64,000 nucleotides of DNA from a virus. Taxonomy: Duplodnaviria; Caudoviricetes. The notes beneath the pieces are model-generated. The model ran no database searches and was not told the origin of the DNA. It saw only the letters and a program-made list of their open reading frames with translations. The stretch lies in IMG/VR virus record IMGVR_UViG_2711768659_000002, positions 6,897 to 70,896 of that record; one strand, given 5' to 3'. Positions 30,146-40,410 of the stretch are shown piece after piece; positions within the stretch are counted from its first letter, which is position 1, and the number at the start of each line of letters is the position of its first letter. The translations under genes were made by a program, and so were the position numbers.

Positions 30146-30743
30146 TATATCTTATCCCCCTTACTTTTAAATATTGTATATCTGCCATATGTTTCTCTAT
30201 ATCCAATAAATGCGAGTCAAGATCCTGTTTAATATCTATAACTTTAGTTTCGATGTCTGTTCCAGACATGATAATCATATTGGCAGGAAGAGTTTCTGGA
30301 AGGATGTATTTGTTTGCTTCTGATTCAATACCGGCCAGCTTGTTTTTATCAGCGGTGGAATAATCTTCGCTGGATAATTGCTTATTTAACACTTGAGAGG
30401 TATGCGAGACATCAGCAGTCATTATATCAGTCTCTAAAATTGGAGTGTTAAATATTATAGCTCCGCCACCATAATCGATTTCAAAGTCAGCAGTTATTGT
30501 TACGCCGTTTTGTTTTATCACTGGGGCAGGGGAGGATAGCCAATTCCTTTGGCCTTCAGGGGCTTGATATATTCTGGATCTATCATCATTGGAAATGAAA
30601 ACTTCTGATAATGGAATGTCAAGTTCAGACACGGCTTGGATTCCAATTGATTGTTCTATTTTGCCGACGGCCTCTTGAAGTCCAGACATGTGTGTAGAAC
30701 GTATTTCTCCAGATCCTGGGTCTTGCCAATTTGTTTTAGACAT
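30138..30743 (-). CDS. Tail fibre-like protein
   Basis: KTNWQDPG N-terminus; LSSEDYSTADKNKLAGIE fibre repeat motif. Confidence 0.65.
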   Translation of the reverse strand: MSKTNWQDPGSGEIRSTHMSGLQEAVGKIEQSIGIQAVSELDIPLSEVFISNDDRSRIYQAPEGQRNWLSSPAPVIKQNGVTITADFEIDYGGGAIIFNTPILETDIMTADVSHTSQVLNKQLSSEDYSTADKNKLAGIESEANKYILPETLPANMIIMSGTDIETKVIDIKQDLDSHLLDIEKHMADIQYLKVRGIRYNG

Positions 30744-30758
30744 ATTACACCACCCACC

Positions 30759-31499
30759 TTATGATATCGCGACCAAAAGTTGTACCACCCAGGTATCAGG
30801 TTCAACCTTCACCCTGGCAGCAGTTTCAACTTTTCTGTTTAAATTTTTGCCGCTGTCGCTATTAGAATTTGCAACGGTGAATTCCCGCCACTCATGATTT
30901 CCTGCTGTAGGTCCGAATGTGGACCGAAAAGTCATTGTATTGCCTGAGACTTGGGGAAAAGTTGCGTCCATAGGAGCATAGGTTTTATTAATGGTTGCCT
31001 GTAATCCCGTCTGAGTGGATACGGCGGCAGCTATCCTCACAGCCACTCCGCTACCGCCAGATTTAGAGTATGGTGCTGATAACGTAATTGAGGTATTGCT
31101 ACTAACCGATTGAACCTGCGCAATTGCTCCATCTGCTGTTAAGCCAATAAAATCGCCAACAGTTATTTGAGATGAAAAAGAGGTTCCTGAACCAGTTACT
31201 GCTGTTGAACCGTTTGTAAAAGTTATAGTTCCAGATAAGTTTGTGGGTCCTCCGTCACCAATTCCTATATAGGCATTTGCATTGCTAAAGGTTGTTGCGG
31301 ACCCACCGATAAGCAGTGTGAACAGTTCTGTTATGCCTTCATTCAATAGTAAGTTCCCGTCTATTTCTTCGACGTCATATAGTCTCATGTTTCCGTCGTA
31401 TTTTTCTATAATCCATTTTGGTTGCCATTTTGCATGCTCGTTAATTCCCACGCCTGCACCAATAGCAACGGTATCTTTTCCAAATCCATTCTCGCGCAT
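30759..31499 (-). CDS. Tail/baseplate structural protein with Ser/Thr/Gly-rich insert
   Basis: GNLLLNEG...IGIGDG...FGPTAGNHEWRE; GTITFTNGSTAVTG insert. Confidence 0.65.
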   Translation of the reverse strand: MRENGFGKDTVAIGAGVGINEHAKWQPKWIIEKYDGNMRLYDVEEIDGNLLLNEGITELFTLLIGGSATTFSNANAYIGIGDGGPTNLSGTITFTNGSTAVTGSGTSFSSQITVGDFIGLTADGAIAQVQSVSSNTSITLSAPYSKSGGSGVAVRIAAAVSTQTGLQATINKTYAPMDATFPQVSGNTMTFRSTFGPTAGNHEWREFTVANSNSDSGKNLNRKVETAARVKVEPDTWVVQLLVAIS

Positions 31500-31576
31500 A
31501 ATATCGTCTCCTTCTGTGCAATATTAAAGCCGCCCCACGCATGTGTTTGGAACGGCTTTCTATTGCATAAATTTGT

Positions 31577-31939
31577 TTAATCCCAAATATTTTTATCTTT
31601 TAATCCTTTGGCGGCATCTTTAAATGCCACAACAAGGCCAATGACCGGGTGTATTACATTGCTTCCGAAGGATGCAAGCAGACCAATCAGTATCTGCTGG
31701 GCAGCAGGAGGAACGCCAGATAGGGGAGATACCTCTTGAACGCCCAAGAACCCTGCGGTAAGAACCAATAGTGGCCCTATGAGTATTGTAATTGCAATTT
31801 TCTCTGAACCGGTAAGCTCAGTGAATTTTTTCTTTGTGAGGCTGCTCTTGACCATCAGAAACAATGGCTTAACCAATTCGACAAGCCTTTCAACAGTGAC
31901 AGCCACAGCCAGGATAGTACCCAAAACAGGGTCAATCAT
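31577..31939 (-). CDS. Holin-like membrane protein
   Basis: Three hydrophobic segments; AVTVERLVELVK...GLLASFGSNVIH; overlaps endolysin stop. Confidence 0.65.
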   Translation of the reverse strand: MIDPVLGTILAVAVTVERLVELVKPLFLMVKSSLTKKKFTELTGSEKIAITILIGPLLVLTAGFLGVQEVSPLSGVPPAAQQILIGLLASFGSNVIHPVIGLVVAFKDAAKGLKDKNIWD

Positions 31940-32646
31940 TTTACCACCTGCTTTCCGGTTACAGCCTCATACAGCTTAACCATCAATACTGCTGCTTGTT
32001 CCCGGGTCAATGTGCCAGATGGATTAAAAGTGCCATCCGGATTACCGGAAATTAACCCTAACTCTTTTGCAGCAGCAATGTGTTTTGCCGACCATCTGCT
32101 ATCTTCCACATCTTTAAATACTTTACCCATGCTTAATTCCTCCTTCACGTAGGTTACAAAAGGACATTCCAGCCAATGTGTCCATGCATTAGCACCGATT
32201 CCCTTTAGTGGAGTTTTGACCACACCGTTTTTTGTACCCTTGGATTCAATAACCCAGCCGTTCCCGACATATACACCAATGTGACCAGGTTTATGAACGC
32301 CAAGTCCCGGAACCTCGGGAAGGGAAGAGAGAGAACCCTTGATTTTTGCTGCATTATACATGCCGTCAGCGTTTAAGTCGGTTTTGGCATCATATATAGG
32401 CCCTGCAGGTGTCCACCAGAAATAAGACTTAAATAAGCCAATACAATCCACTGTACGCTGCCCGAGCCAGTGTTCTTTAATAAAATCAAGATACTGTTCT
32501 ACCCCAGCTCCGAGTTGCTTGCGTTTTTGTTCTAAAATTGTAGGAGTAAGCACTTGGCCCCAGGTCCCCAGCACATATCCCCATTTTTGAGACAGAGCCA
32601 TTTCGGCATGTTCGGCAAGCCCTAGATTGGTTTTAGATGCGCTCAT
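31936..32646 (-). CDS. Endolysin: NlpC/P60-CHAP-like catalytic domain plus C-terminal SLH domain
   Basis: DCIGL, GHIGVYVGNG.VIES; FKDV..RWS..HI..AKELGLISG.PDGTFNP...LTREQAA. Confidence 0.88.
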   Translation of the reverse strand: MSASKTNLGLAEHAEMALSQKWGYVLGTWGQVLTPTILEQKRKQLGAGVEQYLDFIKEHWLGQRTVDCIGLFKSYFWWTPAGPIYDAKTDLNADGMYNAAKIKGSLSSLPEVPGLGVHKPGHIGVYVGNGWVIESKGTKNGVVKTPLKGIGANAWTHWLECPFVTYVKEELSMGKVFKDVEDSRWSAKHIAAAKELGLISGNPDGTFNPSGTLTREQAAVLMVKLYEAVTGKQVVK

Positions 32647-33136
32647 TATTATTCACCTCCGGTTGCTGTTTTTGTTCTAAAACAGCAGATTCTTTCTTTT
32701 TTACCCAAAATAAAAGGGGCTTCAAATAATCTGCCCCTGCGTCTATAAGGTTCTCTATGTTGCTTGCAAATTCCCGGAAGAAGAGAAAGGCATATACTAC
32801 TGTTGCCACAACATTACTAATGTAGGGTATAGAAATAAACCTCATAGATAGCCCTGCAAGAATCTGTATCACCAAATAAGCAACAATTTTTATAGCGGTC
32901 TTGTTGAACATGGTTTCAGAGTTCCAAGCCTTAGTCTTCAAAGCCCTCGTAATTCCACCGCTTTTAGAAAAGATAGCAAACCACCTCGTAAGTAAATCAA
33001 GTATGACTGCTACCCACAGAGCAATGCACCACGCCACAAAACTTTGTTCCGGGAATATCAAATACGTTATCCCCGCCCACAAAAGAGCTACGGCGGGCTT
33101 GACCGTATCAAAAACCTTGTTGAATAACTCATACAT
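32633..33136 (-). CDS. Phage holin (holin_4-type)
   Basis: LDLLT..., REFASNIENL..AG motifs; TM segments. Confidence 0.8.
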   Translation of the reverse strand: MYELFNKVFDTVKPAVALLWAGITYLIFPEQSFVAWCIALWVAVILDLLTRWFAIFSKSGGITRALKTKAWNSETMFNKTAIKIVAYLVIQILAGLSMRFISIPYISNVVATVVYAFLFFREFASNIENLIDAGADYLKPLLFWVKKKESAVLEQKQQPEVNNNERI

Positions 33137-33152
33137 ATTACACCTTCTTTCG

Positions 33153-36100
33153 TTATATTTTTACAACAACTCTTGCTAGTTCACCAGCCAAACTCTGTTC
33201 GTCGGCATTGTCTTCAAATACTGTTTTTTCAGAATTAAACAGAGGAGCGTTAAAAATTACTCGCCTGTCTGTATTGTTCGAAACGCCTGGAGATGTCATT
33301 GGTCCCGATGAATTTGCTCTCAGTGCGGTCATGACCTGCTCTAAAGTCGCTGATAGATTTGGAGGAAATACAATTTCGCCTTTATGTAGTGCCGCAAATC
33401 CGTCTGATAAAGCTTTGCCACCGCCATCAAAAGTAGGATATTCACCCTTAGCGGGGTCCTTTCCATATTTAGCCCGAAGAGCATCATTAGCAGTATGAAG
33501 CGACTTCATATCTGTACTATTAAATTCTTTATAGCCTTGTGATTGGAGAGCAGCCCATTGTTCTCCATTGGCTTTAAAGGCTTGGTAATCAGCATCTGAC
33601 ATCCCCCAATCATGAGAGGGGAGAGTGGAAATTGAATTGTCAAGAACTCCTGAACCAGATGCAAAGCTTGAGAGATTACCGGAATTCAAAGCAGTTTGAA
33701 GCGGAGTAAGATAGTTGTCTACCCACTGCCGGTATGCCTCCTTGGACATTACGCCAGCTCTGGCTACTATATCTGCGCTATGTTCATCAAATGCTTTTTC
33801 GATAAGCTTATAGGATGATTCCCATTTTTCTTTTTCCTCATTTGCAGCTTTTTCAATTGCATCTATGGCATCTTGAGCAGTTTGCTTTTTGTCCTCAAGG
33901 GTCTGTTTTTGAAGCTCTACCTCGTGGTCGTGCTCCTTTTCGGCTATCTGCTTATTGAGATCTGCAACATTTTTACGAGCTTCCTCTGAGGTTCTGACAC
34001 TCCAGTATGCAAGCTGCTCCCTAAGGTCGGCCATCTCATTTGCATAGTCATGCTCGCCTTCTAGTCGGTCAAGTGCCTTTTCCTCAGCTTCAATTCCCCT
34101 GATTATTTCCTCCTGAGCCTCTTTTTTCTTCTTAGCCTCATCCTCAATTTGCTTTATTCTTTCGTCATAAGCATTCTTAATGGATTTTTGCTGTTCATCC
34201 AGGAGATTCTTATAAAGCCCGAACAGATTCTCAGTGCGCTTGTATTCTTCAGCCTGGTCTTTGGCTTTAACTTTGTAAAGCTCGCGGTATTTATCAATTT
34301 GCTGCTGAATACTATAGATGCCAAGCTTAGCCCAGTGCTCAATACTGTTCTCTTCCTTCTGGGCCGTTTCTTCAGCGAGCTGGGTTCTTAGCTTGTAAAG
34401 ATTTAGGGTCGCCTGTTTTATAGCCTCCTGATTATTTGCCTGTGTTTTGAGGACTTTTTCCCAAGCGGCGATTTCCTGAGCCACAGACATCTTACCGAGT
34501 TCTTTTTGCTCAGATATCCAATCAACAGAGATCTGAAGTCGCTTGTCTTTAAGGCGTTTTTCAGTATCGTAAATACGCTCAGACATATCATTATGCTCAT
34601 CGGCCGTTTTTGCATAAGCAGCATCAATTCTTTGGAGTTCCTTAAGTTCAGCCTGGATTGACGAAATAGTTTCTTCCGAAATCTTTTTGCGGTGTTCAAG
34701 GGCCTTGAGTGCATTATTTAAAGCTTTGTTCTCTTTTGAACCGCTTTTTGAAGTTACCCCATAGCTAGGATTTGATAACTTATCTTGAAGGGAATTTATT
34801 AAGTCCAGGGCTTCTCCGTAATCATATAGAGTTTGTTTTAGGTTATCAGAACTTTTAAAAGCCTCGTCAGGAATGATTCCGCGTAAATTTTCAGGAGGGC
34901 TAGTAATGTTTGCTGCCGCCACTCGCGCGTCGCTTAAAGTTTTGATGGCACTTATTTCAATGCCATATGCTTTTAACCTAGTGCCGAGTTCTCTTGATGT
35001 AGTTTCAGTTATCCCGAGTTCAGCCTTTAGTGTTTCAGTTTGCTGCTTTATCTTTGCTTGTCTTAGTGTCTCAATCGCATCAAATTCTACTGTATATCCT
35101 TCAGCGGTCTTATTAATTGCACCAATAAGCTCAGGATATTGTACAAGCAACTCAGTAATTTGTTCGGCAGTTATTGAATTGCCTTTATTTACGCTGTCTC
35201 TTATTTGGTTCAGGTTCTTTAGTTCATTGTTGAATTTATAAAGTTCACCTTTATTGTCAAAGAAAGATTGAGACAAAGCATCAATTCCTGCTTTGAAGGA
35301 AGGAAGCTCATTTTTAGCTTGACTTATTGTTGAACTATTACCAAACATTGATTCCATGGTTAAAACAAAGTTGTCCAGTTCAGGTTTACCGGCAGCAAAT
35401 GTATGAACCAAATCCAAAATCGACTTTGAAGCGCTATCAATGCCAGCGGTATCGCCTTTGGCTTTAAAATCGTTGTACTTCTGAATTGCTTCATCAAAAT
35501 TCGAATTGTTCAGCTGCTCTATGAACCCTTTTAACGCATCTCTTTGTGATTGTATATCCTTAGGCTGCAATGCTAACGATTTTGTGAATTCAGCGGCGAA
35601 TGCCCGGGTTGAATCAGATACCTTCGTGCCACTTTGTTGAAGCTGTTTAAAGATGGATTCTGCATCGTTTTTAAGTAACTGCTGACGGTCTTTTGAGATA
35701 TCAGATATTTTACTGTTAAATTCGATGTATGTTTGCTCTATTTCTGAAGCTACTTGACTATAAGATTGAATAGATGATTTCAACCACTTTGCTTGTTCAG
35801 GGTTAGAAGCGTCATATACAATTCCTGAACCAAGATTGATTTTCCCTTTAGTTTCAAGTGCTTTTTGCATATCAGCAATTTTTTGTTGAGTCTCCTGGAG
35901 GCTTTTATAGGCAGCATCTCGCTTTTTAATTGAACCCTCTAATTTCGAAACATCATCGTTATCTTTAGCACGGACAGCAGTCTCAAGCCTTTTTTGTTCT
36001 ACGGCAAGTTCATCTTCAAGAGCCTTTGTTCTGAGTTTAATCATTTCTATAGAATCTGAATAAGCTTCGCCTTCAGCGTTGATGCCGGTAATTGAAACTC

Positions 36101-38498
36101 CATATTGGGAAACAAGCTCTTTTTGAACTTCTAGTAGCCTCAGTTTTTCGTCAGCGGTTGCTGTTAAATTCTGTTCTTTACTTTTCAGGGTCTCGTACTC
36201 AAAAGAAAGTCCCTTAAGCCCAGATTGTTGATCGGATAGACTTTCAATATTTTTCTTGGTAGTTTCAATAAATTGCTTTTGCTCTTCATTTGCCCTTTTT
36301 ACTGCTGCCGTAATTGCCACAGTAGCCGCGACAACTCCGGTTATTGCAAGCAATGGCCAGTTTGCGACAAAGAAACCTTTAACGCTGGCAGTAAGCCCAA
36401 TAACTCCAGCTTTCAAACCTGCAATGCCCGTTGTAAGAGAAGTAACCACCGGTAAAGTAATTCCAAAGAGCTTTAATGCAGATTGCGTAGTTTTTATGGC
36501 AATTGCAAGTTCTCCCCACAATACAACAAAGTTTCGTAAGTTGGGGTCCATAGAGTTAAGCAGTCCCAATGCTTCGGTGCCTGAATCAGCTAACCCTTTT
36601 AAGATACCCGTCATTCCTGCATCACCCATAGCTACGGCTAATTGAGTAGCCGCCGCTTGCAATGATTGATATTTCTTTTCCAGGGTATCCATGGTTCGTT
36701 CGTTTTCTGCCATGGAATACCCTGCGGCATCAGTCATGTTGTTAAGAACTTCCTGAGCTCCGGATAACCTTTCAATCATACCAATAAAATAATTTCTACG
36801 ATAAACACCGGCAGCAGCCTGAGAGATGTCTCTTTGCTGCAAATCGTTCCATTCCTGCTGAGTTCCGATTGCAGACGCCAATTCTTCATTGTATAAACCA
36901 GCATCATCAGCAGCTTTGACAAAACCATCTTGAATGTCTGCGCTCAAAGTACCCCATCTTGATGCAATATCTTGGAATATATCCATAACATTTCTGAATT
37001 GAGTTTTGGCAGCATCAGTGAACACTTGAATACCTAACCCCTCAAGGGTTTTGATTGCAATTGGCCTTTGTATATATGACAGAATAGAATTGAGAGCGTT
37101 ACCAACTTCACGGCCCGTCCTCCCAGATGCTTCACGCATAACTGTTAGTAGGGAAATGGTTTGTTCAATTGACAATCCCATTATTTTTGCGGCTCCGGAT
37201 GAACGCAGCAGCCCGTCAACGAGGTCTTGAGATGTAACAGTAAAGTCATCAGCAGTTTTATTAATTTCGTCAAGTATCAGGGGAAGGTCTTTTGAAGTTA
37301 ACTGCCACTGAGCCATAATACCGATTAAATCTTCAGTTGCTGCTTTAGCATCCAATTCAGCAGTATTTAAGGCGAGCAAAGAAATCTTTGTATTTTCCAA
37401 ACTGTCCGAAACATTATATCCAGCTTGAGCCCAGCGCAAAGCTATGTCCTGGTCATTATCAAATGTCTGGCCATAGTCAACGCCAAATTGGAGGATGGCA
37501 TCTCTATACTTGTTAAATTGAAAGCTAGAATCTTCCATAACACGGGCAATTTCGGTTATGCCCATTTCAACATCAGATATTGCTTTAACTGCATCTTTGG
37601 CGCCATTGGTAACTCCAAAGAAAAGGCTTCCAGTCATAAACCATTCAGTACGGCGCTGGAAGCCCTGGGCAAATATGTTCGGGTTATTTATTCCATCGGA
37701 GGAACTTGTTCTGGTTTGAGAACGGAGAATGCTTAACTGCTCTTTTAATTGAACAGTCTGTGCAACTTCCTCGGCAGATAATTTACCTTCTATGGATAAC
37801 CTTCGCTGCAGCTCCGTTAGCTGATTGCGAATCAATGTTGCCTGTAACTTGTATTCTTCGCTCAGTCCTTTTGCAGAAACCTTCTGTTGAACCGCTGAGG
37901 CTTGTGCTTCCATGGATGCCAAAGTGCTTTGTTTAACTTCCTGCCCCATTTCGGCCTTAGTGGCTTTGATTGCGTTTTCAGATTTGAGTTTTTCATCAAG
38001 TACCTTCCGGTGCTCGGTTTCGGCTTTAGTGAGTTCCTGGACAAGTTTTATCTGCTCCTGCTTTTGAAGAGAATTCCAAGTGGAAGAATCGGTCCTGAAC
38101 GGCGAAGCATTATCAACAAAGTTCTGCGCGTCAATCTGCTGTGTTTTGCGTAGATGAATAAGGTCAGCCAACTCCTTGTTGAGCTTTGCCTGTTTATTTT
38201 TTGCATCTTCGGCTTTCTTTCCGACTTCAATCAGGGTATTGCCGTATTGATCAAGTATGGTTTTTGATTGGGCTATATCCTTAACCGATATGCCAAGCCC
38301 CTGGGTTTTAAGCTTACTCAGTTCGGCAACAAACGAGGTGTTTATATCTTTCGCTGTTTGACCTGCGGTAGATTTCAGAGCAATAAGTTGAGCCTGAAGA
38401 TCTGTTACGTTCTTTTCAAATTTTATGGTAGCCTGAATTGCAGGGTTATAGTCCAAACCCAATGCTTCCATTATTTTGACCATTGAATCGTCAGCCAT
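33153..38498 (-). CDS. Tail tape measure protein (1781 aa)
   Basis: Long helical protein; SGAAKIMGLSIEQTISLL..GREVGNALNSI TMP core; follows tail chaperones. Confidence 0.92.
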   Translation of the reverse strand: MADDSMVKIMEALGLDYNPAIQATIKFEKNVTDLQAQLIALKSTAGQTAKDINTSFVAELSKLKTQGLGISVKDIAQSKTILDQYGNTLIEVGKKAEDAKNKQAKLNKELADLIHLRKTQQIDAQNFVDNASPFRTDSSTWNSLQKQEQIKLVQELTKAETEHRKVLDEKLKSENAIKATKAEMGQEVKQSTLASMEAQASAVQQKVSAKGLSEEYKLQATLIRNQLTELQRRLSIEGKLSAEEVAQTVQLKEQLSILRSQTRTSSSDGINNPNIFAQGFQRRTEWFMTGSLFFGVTNGAKDAVKAISDVEMGITEIARVMEDSSFQFNKYRDAILQFGVDYGQTFDNDQDIALRWAQAGYNVSDSLENTKISLLALNTAELDAKAATEDLIGIMAQWQLTSKDLPLILDEINKTADDFTVTSQDLVDGLLRSSGAAKIMGLSIEQTISLLTVMREASGRTGREVGNALNSILSYIQRPIAIKTLEGLGIQVFTDAAKTQFRNVMDIFQDIASRWGTLSADIQDGFVKAADDAGLYNEELASAIGTQQEWNDLQQRDISQAAAGVYRRNYFIGMIERLSGAQEVLNNMTDAAGYSMAENERTMDTLEKKYQSLQAAATQLAVAMGDAGMTGILKGLADSGTEALGLLNSMDPNLRNFVVLWGELAIAIKTTQSALKLFGITLPVVTSLTTGIAGLKAGVIGLTASVKGFFVANWPLLAITGVVAATVAITAAVKRANEEQKQFIETTKKNIESLSDQQSGLKGLSFEYETLKSKEQNLTATADEKLRLLEVQKELVSQYGVSITGINAEGEAYSDSIEMIKLRTKALEDELAVEQKRLETAVRAKDNDDVSKLEGSIKKRDAAYKSLQETQQKIADMQKALETKGKINLGSGIVYDASNPEQAKWLKSSIQSYSQVASEIEQTYIEFNSKISDISKDRQQLLKNDAESIFKQLQQSGTKVSDSTRAFAAEFTKSLALQPKDIQSQRDALKGFIEQLNNSNFDEAIQKYNDFKAKGDTAGIDSASKSILDLVHTFAAGKPELDNFVLTMESMFGNSSTISQAKNELPSFKAGIDALSQSFFDNKGELYKFNNELKNLNQIRDSVNKGNSITAEQITELLVQYPELIGAINKTAEGYTVEFDAIETLRQAKIKQQTETLKAELGITETTSRELGTRLKAYGIEISAIKTLSDARVAAANITSPPENLRGIIPDEAFKSSDNLKQTLYDYGEALDLINSLQDKLSNPSYGVTSKSGSKENKALNNALKALEHRKKISEETISSIQAELKELQRIDAAYAKTADEHNDMSERIYDTEKRLKDKRLQISVDWISEQKELGKMSVAQEIAAWEKVLKTQANNQEAIKQATLNLYKLRTQLAEETAQKEENSIEHWAKLGIYSIQQQIDKYRELYKVKAKDQAEEYKRTENLFGLYKNLLDEQQKSIKNAYDERIKQIEDEAKKKKEAQEEIIRGIEAEEKALDRLEGEHDYANEMADLREQLAYWSVRTSEEARKNVADLNKQIAEKEHDHEVELQKQTLEDKKQTAQDAIDAIEKAANEEKEKWESSYKLIEKAFDEHSADIVARAGVMSKEAYRQWVDNYLTPLQTALNSGNLSSFASGSGVLDNSISTLPSHDWGMSDADYQAFKANGEQWAALQSQGYKEFNSTDMKSLHTANDALRAKYGKDPAKGEYPTFDGGGKALSDGFAALHKGEIVFPPNLSATLEQVMTALRANSSGPMTSPGVSNNTDRRVIFNAPLFNSEKTVFEDNADEQSLAGELARVVVKI

Positions 38499-38518
38499 TT
38501 ATGTATATCACCACACTT

Positions 38519-38803
38519 TTAATGTATTCCGCCGAACATACCGGCAAGAGCAGCGAATTGACTTACTTTTGGAGGGCCGCTACCTGGAGGTGGGGCAGAG
38601 GAGGGCGTAGGACTATTTCCGAAGATGTTTGGGATATTAACTTTTATCTCGGACCATTCTCCGAGAATGGCTTTAATCTGAGGCAGTGTTCTCTTGGGGA
38701 TTTCATCATATCTGAGACCTGCGTCAAGAAGCCGAGTATAAGTAACGCCCCAATCGGTGGGGGGCGGTTTTTCGGCCCCTCCCTTGCCATCAGAAGGGGC
38801 CAC
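38519..38803 (-). CDS. Tail assembly chaperone, downstream (gpT-like) ORF
   Basis: In the -1 frame relative to the upstream chaperone; YDEIPKRTLPQI. Confidence 0.65.
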   Translation of the reverse strand: MAPSDGKGGAEKPPPTDWGVTYTRLLDAGLRYDEIPKRTLPQIKAILGEWSEIKVNIPNIFGNSPTPSSAPPPGSGPPKVSQFAALAGMFGGIH

Positions 38804-38805
38804 CG

Positions 38806-39132
38806 TCAGCCCGATATATCAACCAGCTTTTTTACAAATTGTTTTAAATGAACAACATTCCAATTGTCAGCGGTTATTTTCTCAATTGACATTGGCTCAT
38901 TGTTCTCATCAGTACAGTACCTGGACAAGTATTCATCAAGCTTTGCTTTTGCCTTTTTGTTGCCAAGGTTAAACAACTGGACATCTATAAACAAGCCATC
39001 TTCGGCAAATTTTAAGGCATCACCAACAAGCATAGGCTTAACGGTATACGATTTTTCTCCAACGCCAAAAGACTCGCCATCCCCACTCATGACTGAAAAG
39101 GGAATGGGAGTTTTCCCATCAATTTTACTCAT
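38806..39132 (-). CDS. Tail assembly chaperone (gpG-like)
   Basis: Position between tail tube and tape measure. Confidence 0.75.
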   Translation of the reverse strand: MSKIDGKTPIPFSVMSGDGESFGVGEKSYTVKPMLVGDALKFAEDGLFIDVQLFNLGNKKAKAKLDEYLSRYCTDENNEPMSIEKITADNWNVVHLKQFVKKLVDISG

Positions 39133-39146
39133 GGATTAGACCTCCC

Positions 39147-39932
39147 TTATTCAATAGGTGTTACCGTATAATCAACGGCCCTGTTGTTGCCGCGAGGCTT
39201 CAGAATAGTAAATGTGACAGTAACAGGCTGTGGAGTTCCACCTTGCTGAGGGGGATTGATTGAGCCCATTACCTTGCACTTATCAACTACGATTGCAGCC
39301 TCATACAAAGTTTCATCTTCTCCGGCAGCTTCACTTGATACGATGAGTTCATAAGTAGGCCTCACAGGAGTTTTGGGAAGACCAAAGCGTGTAGCCTTTG
39401 CAGCCTGATAATCGTAAGAAACAAACAGAGCCTTTCCAGCGTCTGCGGCGACAAATTCAAGCTCGTCCCCATCAAGGATATATTTACCGGATGCAGGAGT
39501 CTCGTCAGTCTCATCCCATGGCTTTGCATTTTTATCAACAAGGATGAATGTAGTATCTAAAGGTTCGTGCTTAAGCTTGACTATATACTTGCCTCCCGTA
39601 GGCTCCATGGGAACTGTGATTTCCTCGTCGACAATAGGAAATGGAGTATTGGTCAATTCCTCCGAGGTATCGCCCATAATGAAAGCATAAAGTTCAGGTG
39701 GCATGAAGCCGAGTTGCACGGCCAAAGTTCCTTCAATTGAAGTATCTGGATTAGCAGCATTCCATAAGCTGTTACCATCAGCGATGGGCGAACCATTGAT
39801 TGTGATGTTTGGCGTTATTTGCTGGACAGCGCCATTGCGGAAATATGAAGTGGTAGCACTCCTGACAGGTATACCATTCACGTACTTGTTAAGCTGGAGT
39901 TTGCCAGCCTTTGAAAAATAAATAGGTTGCAT
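39147..39932 (-). CDS. Major tail tube protein
   Basis: Position and size; beta-rich, acidic. Confidence 0.75.
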   Translation of the reverse strand: MQPIYFSKAGKLQLNKYVNGIPVRSATTSYFRNGAVQQITPNITINGSPIADGNSLWNAANPDTSIEGTLAVQLGFMPPELYAFIMGDTSEELTNTPFPIVDEEITVPMEPTGGKYIVKLKHEPLDTTFILVDKNAKPWDETDETPASGKYILDGDELEFVAADAGKALFVSYDYQAAKATRFGLPKTPVRPTYELIVSSEAAGEDETLYEAAIVVDKCKVMGSINPPQQGGTPQPVTVTFTILKPRGNNRAVDYTVTPIE

Positions 39933-39946
39933 TAAAACAACTCCTT

Positions 39947-40375
39947 TCATAAATTCCGATGGAATTTGTACCTACTCCCACAACAAAAAAAGCCCGACAT
40001 GGTGGGGAGTTCACCAAGCGGAGGCTCTGCATAAAGGTATCTGTTGTTGACTTTCTTTTTGTGAAGCAATTTAAATATCTGCTCTTGTACCAACCATGCC
40101 TTGTAATCTTCGGTGGCAGGGACATGGCAATCAATTTCCATGACTTCCTCAAAAAAACTTTCATTGCGTACCTTACGGGCAGGGAGGAAGTAAACACAAA
40201 GCCTTTTGTCACTTCCAACAAGGTCGCTCCATTGACTTCGCTTGATGATTCGCTTTGCGATATTCACCGGTGTCGCACCTGTGAGGTCGAGCAGAGAAAG
40301 TATGGATGTGTCAGATTTTAAAATCGTCTGTACCGCCGTTAAGTCTTGCGAAGGATTGTACAAAAGCACCACCAC
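39947..40375 (-). CDS. Tail terminator-like protein
   Basis: Position upstream of tail tube; EIDCHVP motif. Confidence 0.6.
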   Translation of the reverse strand: MVVLLYNPSQDLTAVQTILKSDTSILSLLDLTGATPVNIAKRIIKRSQWSDLVGSDKRLCVYFLPARKVRNESFFEEVMEIDCHVPATEDYKAWLVQEQIFKLLHKKKVNNRYLYAEPPLGELPTMSGFFCCGSRYKFHRNL

Positions 40376-40410
40376 CTTTCAGGGCATAAAAATAACCCCA
40401 GGAAGGGGGT

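Noticed and set aside
25947-31499. Diversity-generating retroelement or invertible tail-fibre cassette
   Set aside because: No reverse transcriptase, no template/variable repeat pair and no inverted repeats seen around the fibre genes
38827-38833. Classic A AAA AAG slippery heptamer near the end of the tail chaperone gene
   Set aside because: A -1 shift here meets TGA (38819-38821) after a few codons, so it cannot produce the gpGT-type fusion
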